IMG/VR virus record: IMGVR_UViG_3300015607_004160 | DNA length: 64,000 nt | Reading direction: 5' to 3' (one strand) | Source of the DNA: a virus | Lineage: Duplodnaviria > Caudoviricetes | Shown: positions 50,291-59,241 of the stretch, piece after piece | Numbering within the stretch: position 1 is the stretch's first letter | Layout of the letters: each line of letters begins with the position of its first letter | Program-made: the position numbers and the translations under genes | The notes under the pieces: model-generated | Seen by the model: only the letters and a program-made list of their open reading frames with translations | Told to the model about the DNA's origin: nothing | Databases searched by the model: none

Positions 50291-52333
50291 ATGCCAACTT
50301 ATCCACTAACAGAAATAGAAAAAAAAGCTTGGGACTTTGCTGAAAAAGCTCACTATGGAGTATTTAGAAAATTTCGTAATGCAACCTATTTTGATGGACA
50401 CGTTAGAAAAGTCTTTGGATTAGTTAAACAATATGACACGACCCCTGAGGTTGGCGCAGCTGCCTTACTACACGATTGTGTAGAAGATGTTGATGATATT
50501 ACATATGAAACAATACTAAGTGAGTTTGGTAAAGAAATTGCAGATTTAGTTAAAGAATTAACATCATGTGAAGAGTATATAGATGTAATGGGTAAGCCTG
50601 ATTATCTACTAGATAAAATGGTAACTATGTCCGACAAGGCATTGATTATCAAGTTATGTGATAGATGGCAGAATGTATCTGATTCGTTTAGTCAGCAAGA
50701 GTCATTTAGGGATAAGTACTATAAAGAAACTAGATATATTATGAATGGATTAAAATCCAATCGTCAATTAAATCAGGTTCATAAGAGGATAATTGAGCAA
50801 ATTGAGGGAATATTAGGCAACTTAAAATCAAGGTATAAATATGAATCTAAACATGTTTTAATGTTTGAAGATTTTAAGCAAAAAAATGTAACAATAGAAG
50901 ATATTATTAAATGTATAGAAGGGGGTGGGGTTATTTATGCTACTACGATTAATGATTTCCCAGATAATGATCCAGAAATACCCTTAAATCCTCTTAGTAT
51001 TGATGATGAAGGAACAATCACAGTAGAATTAGATGGTAGTAATCATGAGGTAGAGCTAAAAAATGTTGATAAAATAGAATGGAAAAATATAAATGAGAGA
51101 ATGTACTTTAGTGATGGAATGCAGAGCGTACTAATCTATTTGTCTAATCAAAAAAAGGATAAGGTAGCTAATTTTATATGGTCTATTCAATCATATGATT
51201 ACTATAAAGATACGGAGATCATAAATTACATTGGTCTTGATAAGCTGGATAATATGATTAGTTATTTACCAACTAATAAGAGAACAGAAGAGGATTTGGA
51301 TGGAAATTTTAATAGTACTCAAAAGGTATCCATCAGAGTTGGTAGAGCAATTAAAAGAATATATGAAATTCTTAAGCCAAAGTTGAACTATAAGAAATCA
51401 ACCAATGCTAGGATTTTTAAACATCAAGATAGATATCTTATTAATATACCGGAAAAAATATCAAATGAGATTATTACATTCTCAAATGATAGTCATATAA
51501 AAAATAGTGAATGTATTATCAAGGGAACGGATTTTAAAATAGAAGGTCAAGTTTATGATATAAATCAATTTTGGACTGAATTTGAGACAATAGATATTAT
51601 TGTTTCACAAAATGTAACAAAGGACTTTCCAATACTAAGAAGATATTATGATATAAGCGAAATAAAAAAGTATAAAATGGATATTCCAGTTGAAATTGAG
51701 ATAAAAAATGATTTTGAATTAAGTGATTCTGATATAGAAAAATTTGTCAATGAATACATATCATATGTTAAGTACAGCAAATCTGATGAGACATCTACTA
51801 TCAAAGAGGTCAAAGGTGAAGACATAAGAGTATGGTATAGTAAAGAGAACTATCAGTCAGAGATGGGAAAGTTGGGAAATTCGTGTATGTCTCATGAGGA
51901 ATGTGGTGAATATTTTGATATTTATACAAATAATCCAGATTCCATTTCTTTATTAATACTAACTAATAAGAATAATAAATTGGTTGGAAGAGCTCTTCTA
52001 TGGAAATTAGATAGTGGTGAATTTTTCATGGATAGAGTATACACATCAAATGATTCGGATGATAATATCTTTATCAATTATGCTATTGAAAAGGGATATT
52101 TATATAGAGATACTCCAGCAAGTGGATTTAAATATTTTATAAACTCAAAAGAAGTAGACCCCGGCACTATTTCAGTAACATTAGATGAGGTACATTTTAA
52201 TAATTATCCGTTTATAGACACACTTTGCTATCTTGATGGTTATAAGCTAAATAACACGAAGGGTGAAAGAACATTTAAGGACACTGACGGACATTGGAGT
52301 GAGTACTATGAGAGTGAAAATGATTATGATTAA
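50291..52333 (+). CDS. Multidomain protein: N-terminal RelA/SpoT-type HD hydrolase (Mesh1/SAH-like) plus unknown domains
   Basis: FAEKAH...R..Y..H, AALLHDCVED, IKLCDRWQN; C-terminal domain with GNSCM..GRALLW..MDRVY; late motif at 50278-50286. Confidence 0.8.
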   Translation: MPTYPLTEIEKKAWDFAEKAHYGVFRKFRNATYFDGHVRKVFGLVKQYDTTPEVGAAALLHDCVEDVDDITYETILSEFGKEIADLVKELTSCEEYIDVMGKPDYLLDKMVTMSDKALIIKLCDRWQNVSDSFSQQESFRDKYYKETRYIMNGLKSNRQLNQVHKRIIEQIEGILGNLKSRYKYESKHVLMFEDFKQKNVTIEDIIKCIEGGGVIYATTINDFPDNDPEIPLNPLSIDDEGTITVELDGSNHEVELKNVDKIEWKNINERMYFSDGMQSVLIYLSNQKKDKVANFIWSIQSYDYYKDTEIINYIGLDKLDNMISYLPTNKRTEEDLDGNFNSTQKVSIRVGRAIKRIYEILKPKLNYKKSTNARIFKHQDRYLINIPEKISNEIITFSNDSHIKNSECIIKGTDFKIEGQVYDINQFWTEFETIDIIVSQNVTKDFPILRRYYDISEIKKYKMDIPVEIEIKNDFELSDSDIEKFVNEYISYVKYSKSDETSTIKEVKGEDIRVWYSKENYQSEMGKLGNSCMSHEECGEYFDIYTNNPDSISLLILTNKNNKLVGRALLWKLDSGEFFMDRVYTSNDSDDNIFINYAIEKGYLYRDTPASGFKYFINSKEVDPGTISVTLDEVHFNNYPFIDTLCYLDGYKLNNTKGERTFKDTDGHWSEYYESENDYD

Positions 52334-52362
52334 ACAAAGTCAAAAAAATTTATATACAAATT

Positions 52363-52695
52363 ATGGCAGCATTTGAATTACTTACCCAATCAGGAGGACT
52401 GGTTGAGATGAGTGTAAATAGATCCGGAATGAGTGGGACAAGTCTTTATTTTCATATTGATCAAAGTGCAAATATCAGAAATGGAGAAAGTGAGGCATCT
52501 ATATTATTAACCACAAAGGAGTGCAAAGATATCATAGGTGCTTTAAATGATTTCATAAAATTCATGGAAAATAAAGACTATGTATTTACAAGTGAAAGTG
52601 TTGTTCGATTAATAGCAACACCAGAAATGCAAAAAGCCCTAACTGATTTGGGATATCACACTCATAAAAATGAAGAAATAAAAAAAGAGGACTAA
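52363..52695 (+). CDS. Hypothetical protein
   Basis: 110-aa ORF; TAAAC-N16-ATATAC upstream. Confidence 0.7.
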   Translation: MAAFELLTQSGGLVEMSVNRSGMSGTSLYFHIDQSANIRNGESEASILLTTKECKDIIGALNDFIKFMENKDYVFTSESVVRLIATPEMQKALTDLGYHTHKNEEIKKED

Positions 52696-52708
52696 ATTAG
52701 TCCTCTTT
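52684..52708. terminator. Bidirectional terminator hairpin
   Basis: AAAGAGGACTAA-a-TTAGTCCTCTTT between convergent genes. Confidence 0.75.
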
Positions 52709-52737
52709 GGCGTTACCGCTATATTGGTTCCTGACTG

Positions 52738-54279
52738 TTAATCTTCTTTTTCAATAAGGATTTGTTTTACCTTATTGTTTGTTCTTGAGATAGGTACTTT
52801 TGTACCAATTGAAATCAGAAGTACATTGCCTTTAATCTTAGACAGGTCTAAGTGGTCACAGTATCCATCAGTCAATACGAGTGTATTGAATTGATTGAAG
52901 TGTTCAGCCACATAGTTAATAGCTGGTTGAAGAACAGTACCCCCTAATCCTTTGATAGGAATAGATTCTAAGTGTCTCTTAGATTTGATATTCTGAACCC
53001 ATTTTACTTGTGTATCTGCTTCGATCAAGTTTACTTCAATATCATTACGATAGATGTAAGACAATACACGTTCAAATGTACCACCCATAGAACCAGATGT
53101 ATCAAGGATACAGTTGATCTTCGTCTTGATCTTACGATTGCCTTTTAGACCTTGAATTTGACGACGGTTAGGTTTGGTAACAGTCTTTTGTTTCTTAGTT
53201 CCGAAGATAAGATTTGATACTGAACGTTTGATATGTTTTAAATAATCTTTTCTCTTCTTACGAAGTTTGTTAAGGGTTTGTTCAATATTACCACCTTGAA
53301 GGCCACGTGCCTGGAGTCTTTCCATAGCATCTTTAACCATTGATTCTCGCATTTCTTCTGGAACTTCATCACCCATGTGTACGTCCATGTATTGACCTTC
53401 ATTATTTTCTATATTATCAAAGATTTGATCAAGAGAATATGTGTCAATAGTTCCTTTTTCATTTTTAGGGTCTTTACCGTAAGCACCGTATGAAGGGTTG
53501 CCTTGTGAGTCTTTACCACTCTCACCACCAGTTCCATTACAATCTGGACAAGGTTCGCCTTTACCATGTTGGTGTCCACCTGATTGTTGACCACCACCTT
53601 GTGATTGGTCTTGTGATTGTTGGTCACCTTGACCCTGACCTTCACCTTGTTCGCCTTGGCCTTCACCTTTTTCTTTTCCTTGACCACCTTCTGATGGACC
53701 TTGTTGTCCGGGTTGATTACCTTTACCGCTCTGAGGTTTCTGACCTGTTCCGTTACAAGTAGAACATTTACCGTTCTTTTGCTGCTTTTTACGATGTTCT
53801 TCTTGTTTATCACGAAGCCACTCATAAACTTCTTCAAAGATAAGTTTTCCTTTGTATTCTTTAGGAATAAACAAAGCCATGTTACGTCCTGAGTCATCCT
53901 TAGGAATTTCAACGAAAGTGTTAGGAATATCTTCCCAAATGATATGATTGATAATCATATCTTGAGCAATGTTAGAAAGTTTGTGGTCGTACTGACCAGT
54001 GATAGTACGTTTTGGGTGATTCCAAAGTAAGTGGAAGTCCTCATGAAGAGTAATAAAGTTTACTTCTTTTTGAGAAAGTTTTTCTAGGAATTCAGAATTG
54101 TAATAAAACTGCATTCCTTTTGTGGTCATATTAACGCCACAAGTGGGAAGACTTTTACTCTCATGGAAAGTAACAAAAAGGTTGAAGTTACCGTAGTAGG
54201 GTAAGTTCACCTTAGTATCAATCAACATAACTTGGATTGATTCCATTAACTTTTCGTGAATGTTTTTTAATTGAGTCAT
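52738..54279 (-). CDS. Metallopeptidase-like (HExxH) plus VWA domain protein (DUF2201 type), typical MoxR partner
   Basis: LHEDFHLLWNH, NIAQDMIIN, PNRR, LDTSGSM MIDAS, GLGGT, VLTDG. Confidence 0.85.
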   Translation of the reverse strand: MTQLKNIHEKLMESIQVMLIDTKVNLPYYGNFNLFVTFHESKSLPTCGVNMTTKGMQFYYNSEFLEKLSQKEVNFITLHEDFHLLWNHPKRTITGQYDHKLSNIAQDMIINHIIWEDIPNTFVEIPKDDSGRNMALFIPKEYKGKLIFEEVYEWLRDKQEEHRKKQQKNGKCSTCNGTGQKPQSGKGNQPGQQGPSEGGQGKEKGEGQGEQGEGQGQGDQQSQDQSQGGGQQSGGHQHGKGEPCPDCNGTGGESGKDSQGNPSYGAYGKDPKNEKGTIDTYSLDQIFDNIENNEGQYMDVHMGDEVPEEMRESMVKDAMERLQARGLQGGNIEQTLNKLRKKRKDYLKHIKRSVSNLIFGTKKQKTVTKPNRRQIQGLKGNRKIKTKINCILDTSGSMGGTFERVLSYIYRNDIEVNLIEADTQVKWVQNIKSKRHLESIPIKGLGGTVLQPAINYVAEHFNQFNTLVLTDGYCDHLDLSKIKGNVLLISIGTKVPISRTNNKVKQILIEKED

Positions 54280-54305
54280 TTTTATCTTTTATTTTAAATA
54301 TATCA

Positions 54306-54337
54306 CAAAGATATGAAAAGTTTTGATTATAACCAAA
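54306..54337 (-). promoter_or_regulatory. Bacteroidota-type early promoter
   Basis: TTTG-N20-TATCTTTG on the minus strand. Confidence 0.8.
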
Positions 54338-54456
54338 ACTTTATTAAAGTATTTATTTGATAACTAATTGTAAATCAATCAATTATTTCCAGTCTTTTAA
54401 ATTTTTTTTCATTTGTAAGGAATTTTTTCAAATATACAAAATTTTTGGCAAATAAA

Positions 54457-54482
54457 AAAGGGTGACTTTTACATCACCCTTT
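54457..54482 (-). terminator. Intrinsic terminator after fusA
   Basis: AAAGGGTGA-N8-TCACCCTTT with a T-run on the minus strand. Confidence 0.8.
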
Positions 54483-54485
54483 CAT

Positions 54486-56456
54486 TTAGGCTTTTTCATA
54501 ATGAGAGAAACTCATGTTGAAATCTCCTCGACCAGAAGTATTGCTTCTATGTGTTGTCATATATCCAAACATATTAGATACTGGAACTTTTCCACTAATA
54601 TACTTGATGTTTCCTTTGGTATCAACCTCAGATATGACTCCCTTTCTTCTACTGAAATCACTAATTACCAACCCCATGAATTCTTCAGGTGTTATAATAG
54701 TTATTTTCATTATAGGTTCTAATAAATCAACGCCACATTGCTCTAATACAGAACGATAGGCTTCCTTCGCTACCAATTCAAATGAATAAGAGTCTGAGTC
54801 AACATTATGGAAACTACCATCAAATAATCTAACCTTCATAGATTCAACAGGATATCCATAAACCCCACTCGACATTGAAGTTTTAAATCCCTTTTCAATT
54901 GCAGGAATATATTCTTTTGGAATACTACCACCAACAATTTCATTTATAAATTGCAATCCTTCAACACCTTCGTCAACCGGACCAATTTCAAATTCTATAT
55001 CTGCAAACTTTCCTCTACCACCAGTTTGCTTACTTAAGACTTCTCTGTGAGTAACTGATCTCTTCAATCTTTCTCTATGTGCCACTTTCGGAGCACCTTT
55101 ATTAACCTCGACGTTAAAATCAGTCTTAAGTCTATCAACGATAACTTCCAAGTGAAGCTCTCCCATACCACTAAGAATAGTTTGACCTAGTTCCTCGTCA
55201 CTTCTGACGATTAACGTAGGATCCTCTTCTGTTAATTTATATAAAGCCATTGATATCTTATCAAAGTCAGCCTTTGTCTTAGGCTCAATAGCAATTGATA
55301 TAACCGGATCAGGAAAATTCATAGATTCTAATTGAACAGGATTGTTTGGGTCACATATAGTATCACCAGTTTTATAATCTTTAGATCCAACTATAGCTAC
55401 GATATCTCCAGCAAATGCTTCAGGAATACTATTCTTCACTTGAGCATGCATCTGATATATACGAGATACCCTTTCAACTTTATCACTATTAGAGTTAAGG
55501 ACATAATCTCCTACTTTTAACTTACCAGAATATAATCTGACAAATGTTAATTTACCATGAGTGTCGGATATTATCTTAAACACCAACCCACTAAAAGGAT
55601 CAGAATCGTTATTACCTTTGTCCACTGGACTAGGAAGAATATCTACAACATAGTCAAGTAAAGATTGAACACCTTTATTTTTAAACGCAGACCCACAAAG
55701 AACAGGAACAATAGAATTAGATAAACATCCTTTTCTAAGTGCATCAAGAATATCTTGATTGGTTATCTCTTGTTCATATAAATACTTTTCCATCAGTGAT
55801 AAATCTATATTAGATAAAGATTCTATCATGATATGACGATACTGATTAGACATTTCTTGATATTCATCAGGTATATCTAAATATTCAATATATTCACCAT
55901 TTTCACCATTTTGTATAACAGCCTTCATTTTAATTAGATCAATTATACCAGTGAAATTATCTTCAGCACCAATTGGAAGTTGAATAGCGATTGGATTAGC
56001 ATTCAATTTATCTTTAATCTGTTTTACAACATTTAGATAATCAGATCCAATTCTATCCATTTTATTAACGAATGCAATACGGCTTACACCATACTCATTA
56101 GCTAATCTCCAGTTAGTTTCAGATTGAGGTTCAACACCATCAACCGCAGAGAATAAGAAAACTAATCCATCTAACACACGAAGAGATCTATTCACCTCAA
56201 CAGTAAAGTCAACGTGACCTGGGGTATCAATGATATTAACTTTATTGTCATTCCAATAGCAAGTAGTCGCTGCTGAGGTAATAGTTATACCTCTTTCTTT
56301 TTCTTGCTTAGTATAATCCATGGACGTGTCACCATCATGTACTTCACCCATTTTGTGATTTACACCTGTGTAATAAAGTATTCTTTCAGTTAAAGTAGTT
56401 TTTCCTGAATCAATGTGCGCAACTATCCCAATATTTCTCGTTTTAAGAGTTTTCAT
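54486..56456 (-). CDS. fusA: Translation elongation factor G
   Basis: [57 protein letters not shown]. Confidence 0.97.
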   Translation of the reverse strand: MKTLKTRNIGIVAHIDSGKTTLTERILYYTGVNHKMGEVHDGDTSMDYTKQEKERGITITSAATTCYWNDNKVNIIDTPGHVDFTVEVNRSLRVLDGLVFLFSAVDGVEPQSETNWRLANEYGVSRIAFVNKMDRIGSDYLNVVKQIKDKLNANPIAIQLPIGAEDNFTGIIDLIKMKAVIQNGENGEYIEYLDIPDEYQEMSNQYRHIMIESLSNIDLSLMEKYLYEQEITNQDILDALRKGCLSNSIVPVLCGSAFKNKGVQSLLDYVVDILPSPVDKGNNDSDPFSGLVFKIISDTHGKLTFVRLYSGKLKVGDYVLNSNSDKVERVSRIYQMHAQVKNSIPEAFAGDIVAIVGSKDYKTGDTICDPNNPVQLESMNFPDPVISIAIEPKTKADFDKISMALYKLTEEDPTLIVRSDEELGQTILSGMGELHLEVIVDRLKTDFNVEVNKGAPKVAHRERLKRSVTHREVLSKQTGGRGKFADIEFEIGPVDEGVEGLQFINEIVGGSIPKEYIPAIEKGFKTSMSSGVYGYPVESMKVRLFDGSFHNVDSDSYSFELVAKEAYRSVLEQCGVDLLEPIMKITIITPEEFMGLVISDFSRRKGVISEVDTKGNIKYISGKVPVSNMFGYMTTHRSNTSGRGDFNMSFSHYEKA

Positions 56457-56577
56457 AATTTTGTTTTTGTGTTTTTAGACACAATAATCCTGAGGCCCAA
56501 CCTTTCGGTTATAGTGTTACAGTAAATTTTTTGAAAATAGGATTCCGAGCCAATCATCGGGGATTTTGATGATTGGA

Positions 56578-56613
56578 TTATACAACAGCGCGTATTCTTC
56601 GATTCGTTTTCAT
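56578..56613 (-). promoter_or_regulatory. Putative leader peptide MKTNRRIRAVV* in the structured fusA leader
   Basis: 11-codon uORF whose stop abuts a 9-bp hairpin (CCAATCATC/GATGATTGG, 56550-56576). Confidence 0.55.
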
Positions 56614-56685
56614 TTTTAAAGAGAAAGTGGTCATTTTTAACCACTTTTATAATATGTATATATTAAATTATTTTTCCTAAGTTTA

Positions 56686-56716
56686 CAAAGATACGAATAT
56701 TTTTGAAAATAACAAA
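56686..56716 (-). promoter_or_regulatory. Bacteroidota-type early promoter for fusA
   Basis: TTTG-N19-TATCTTTG; a late motif also lies at 56657-56665. Confidence 0.75.
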
Positions 56717-56887
56717 TTATTTTTTGACTATTTGTTCAACACCATCAAGGGTATTCTAAAATATCAAATCCTTTATCACCATTACTTAATTTACATGTAA
56801 ATACTATAAACCAATTAATATCAGATCATTTTGACTATGACTGTCATCATAGTCAAGATATTCTTGCGCGAAATTTTTTTAAATATT

Positions 56888-57460
56888 TCATAGTGATTTT
56901 ATAGATTGATTTAGCACTTCAATTGGACTTAACTCTGCATTCACTTCACAAAGCTTTCCACTTCTTTCATAAAAATCAACTAGTGGTTTGGTTTGTTCTT
57001 CAAATTCTTTAAATCTCCTTTCTATTACCTCATCACTCATATCATCTTTTCTATTTTCCTTCTCAGCTCTTTTTTTTATTCTTTCTTTAGCTGTCTTTTC
57101 CGATAGCTTAAGATATATAACAGATTTTAAATCAATATTGATTTCCTCTAATAGTGACTCTAACTGATGTGCTTGATTTATAGTTCTTGGAAAACCATCT
57201 AAGATAATATTCTTACTTGAATCCTTTTTTATTTCATCTTTAAGTAGTCTAAAAATAATGTTATCTGGAACAAGTGTTCCCTGTGCCCTATAGACACTTT
57301 TTAATTCTGGATCATTTGAATTTCTAATTAAATCACCAGTGGATATATGAACAAAGTTATCTATTGGAATTAATGCTTTAGCAAGTGTTCCTTTACCCGA
57401 CCCAGGAGACCCAACTAATGAAACACAATATTTTTTGAAAAATGGTTTAATATATTTCAT
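56888..57460 (-). CDS. adk: Adenylate kinase (short-LID type)
   Basis: GSPGSGKGT, HISTGDLIR, GTLVPD, LDGFPRT..QA, RKDD. Confidence 0.93.
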   Translation of the reverse strand: MKYIKPFFKKYCVSLVGSPGSGKGTLAKALIPIDNFVHISTGDLIRNSNDPELKSVYRAQGTLVPDNIIFRLLKDEIKKDSSKNIILDGFPRTINQAHQLESLLEEINIDLKSVIYLKLSEKTAKERIKKRAEKENRKDDMSDEVIERRFKEFEEQTKPLVDFYERSGKLCEVNAELSPIEVLNQSIKSL

Positions 57461-57918
57461 ATATTTAAGTTTCGACTAATTTTAATAAAATTAACTGATT
57501 CCGAATAATATCCGTTTGACTCACCCAACCATCTTAAAGTAACATATCCTTTAATTGTAGCCAAATTATAAAATGTCCATGTGTATGAGTCATTGCCATA
57601 CCCCACATTATCTGGCTCATCACCTACATCCTCAGAAGACTTAAGTATTGGATTACCAATTAAATCTTCTAGATCTCCTACAATATCATATAATCGAACA
57701 TACTCACAACAGTCTTGATCGTGATACATACAATAATTATTACCACTTTCACAATAAAATGCAATTTCTGTACTATTCCTATTTATTACAATGTCAAAAA
57801 TCGTTTCACCAATTAAAGATGATACCTCACATCTTCCTAATTTTCTATAAACTAGTGAATGTTGGTGCCCAATAAATTCGTCATTAGATTTTGATTCGTA
57901 ATATTTTATATATTTCAC
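57457..57918 (-). CDS. Phage protein with HDQDCCE motif and N-terminal tag
   Basis: MKYIKYYES; HDQDCCE.V, TWTFY..T.KG.V..RW.GESNGYYSE, a common phage family. Confidence 0.75.
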   Translation of the reverse strand: MKYIKYYESKSNDEFIGHQHSLVYRKLGRCEVSSLIGETIFDIVINRNSTEIAFYCESGNNYCMYHDQDCCEYVRLYDIVGDLEDLIGNPILKSSEDVGDEPDNVGYGNDSYTWTFYNLATIKGYVTLRWLGESNGYYSESVNFIKISRNLNI

Positions 57919-57922
57919 AGCA

Positions 57923-58726
57923 TTATATCTTGACTTTTATGATATCACCAACAAATGATACATATTCAACTCCAATTGATTTCAACTCAGTATCTAAATT
58001 AAACTTCTCAGATGCCCTTAACTCTTTTTTAAAGACTAAGGTCTTTTCAGGTTTGTCACCATCCAAGTTAGCTTTAGATTCTTCTACTAACTTTTCTTCA
58101 ATTTGGAATTTCTTAAGAATATCAGATACTTTCTCTGTCAGTGTTTTTTCTGATAATTCTTTTGGTCTCCATCTGCTTCCCTTCCATTCACCTTCATATG
58201 ATTTTTGAAATTCAATTTCCTTTCCTGTGTTATTTGAAAAATAAGCATCTAGAATATATGGTGAATTTTCGGAATAAACCCAACCATCTTCATCAATTAT
58301 ATCTTTTACTATATCCCAATAGTTAAATTTTCCATTTGGGTCAGAATAGGCCCTTTCAAATCTATTATCAAATTCTACTGATTCATTTACTAATTGAATA
58401 TCTTCATTTGATTCTAAAGATTCAAAGTAAGCTGAGTCCATTTTCTTTTTAGATAAGATTTCAAATATATCATTAGCAGCATTTTCGATATTTGATTTAC
58501 GTTCAATTTTATCAGAAGACTCATTGATTGGATTTACATAATAAGACCATTTAACAACATTGTTATTAAGTTCAGGCTTAGAAATTTCTACCTTAACTTG
58601 TGCTTTTTTAGAAGATGCAACTACCTCAAAAAAATAGTTACCCTTATTTGATTTTTCTGAAATTCTTACAGATTCAAATAAATTTTTTAAATCATAATCG
58701 ATTTTATTGATGTTTTCTTTTATCAT
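57923..58726 (-). CDS. Hypothetical protein
   Basis: 267-aa ORF with several L/V-x-E-S sites. Confidence 0.75.
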   Translation of the reverse strand: MIKENINKIDYDLKNLFESVRISEKSNKGNYFFEVVASSKKAQVKVEISKPELNNNVVKWSYYVNPINESSDKIERKSNIENAANDIFEILSKKKMDSAYFESLESNEDIQLVNESVEFDNRFERAYSDPNGKFNYWDIVKDIIDEDGWVYSENSPYILDAYFSNNTGKEIEFQKSYEGEWKGSRWRPKELSEKTLTEKVSDILKKFQIEEKLVEESKANLDGDKPEKTLVFKKELRASEKFNLDTELKSIGVEYVSFVGDIIKVKI

Positions 58727-58730
58727 ATCT

Positions 58731-59183
58731 TTATTTCTTTTTTATTATTTCTTTTTTAAGCTCAGTGGATATCCATATATATTTTTCATCATTTACGACA
58801 TCTCCAATTTCTAATAATATGTCCTCCAAATAATCTTCTTTTTCGTTATTACCACAAGACAAAAAATCATTAACATATCCATTTAAATTGGGATTTTTTA
58901 ATGAATATAGGTACTCTATAACATTTTTATTTTCTTTTATCATAAAAAATTCATTGAATTTAATAACACTTTCTGCATACAAAGGCAGTCCATCATGTTT
59001 AGTTTTGGCGAAAGATTTTAAATTTTTTAATCCGTTCTTTTTATTTTTCTTTGTAAACGATTTTGCAATATCTCTTATACTGTCAGGACAATTATCTGCT
59101 TTTCCAGTAGCGCAAGCATAGGCATACCCCATAAGTTTTCTTTGTTGCACAGAAACTGCTTTTTTTCTTTTTGCTTTACTCAT
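58731..59183 (-). CDS. DUF3008-like protein followed by an internal tag
   Basis: AVSVQQRKLMG.A..IAKS..LKSFAKTKHDGLP, then VIKFNEF; late motif at 59189-59197. Confidence 0.7.
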   Translation of the reverse strand: MSKAKRKKAVSVQQRKLMGYAYACATGKADNCPDSIRDIAKSFTKKNKKNGLKNLKSFAKTKHDGLPLYAESVIKFNEFFMIKENKNVIEYLYSLKNPNLNGYVNDFLSCGNNEKEDYLEDILLEIGDVVNDEKYIWISTELKKEIIKKK

Positions 59184-59241
59184 AAAGATATATATTAAAA
59201 AGATAAAATTGCATTTTAAATGCTCTCTATCTAACATCTCT

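Noticed and set aside
53409-53912. 167-aa alternative-frame ORF inside the VWA gene
   Set aside because: Arises from the Gly/Gln low-complexity codons; no independent expression signals.
56453-56644. 63-aa ORF upstream of fusA
   Set aside because: GTG start inside a hairpin and an atypical composition; the region is better explained as a structured leader with an 11-codon uORF.
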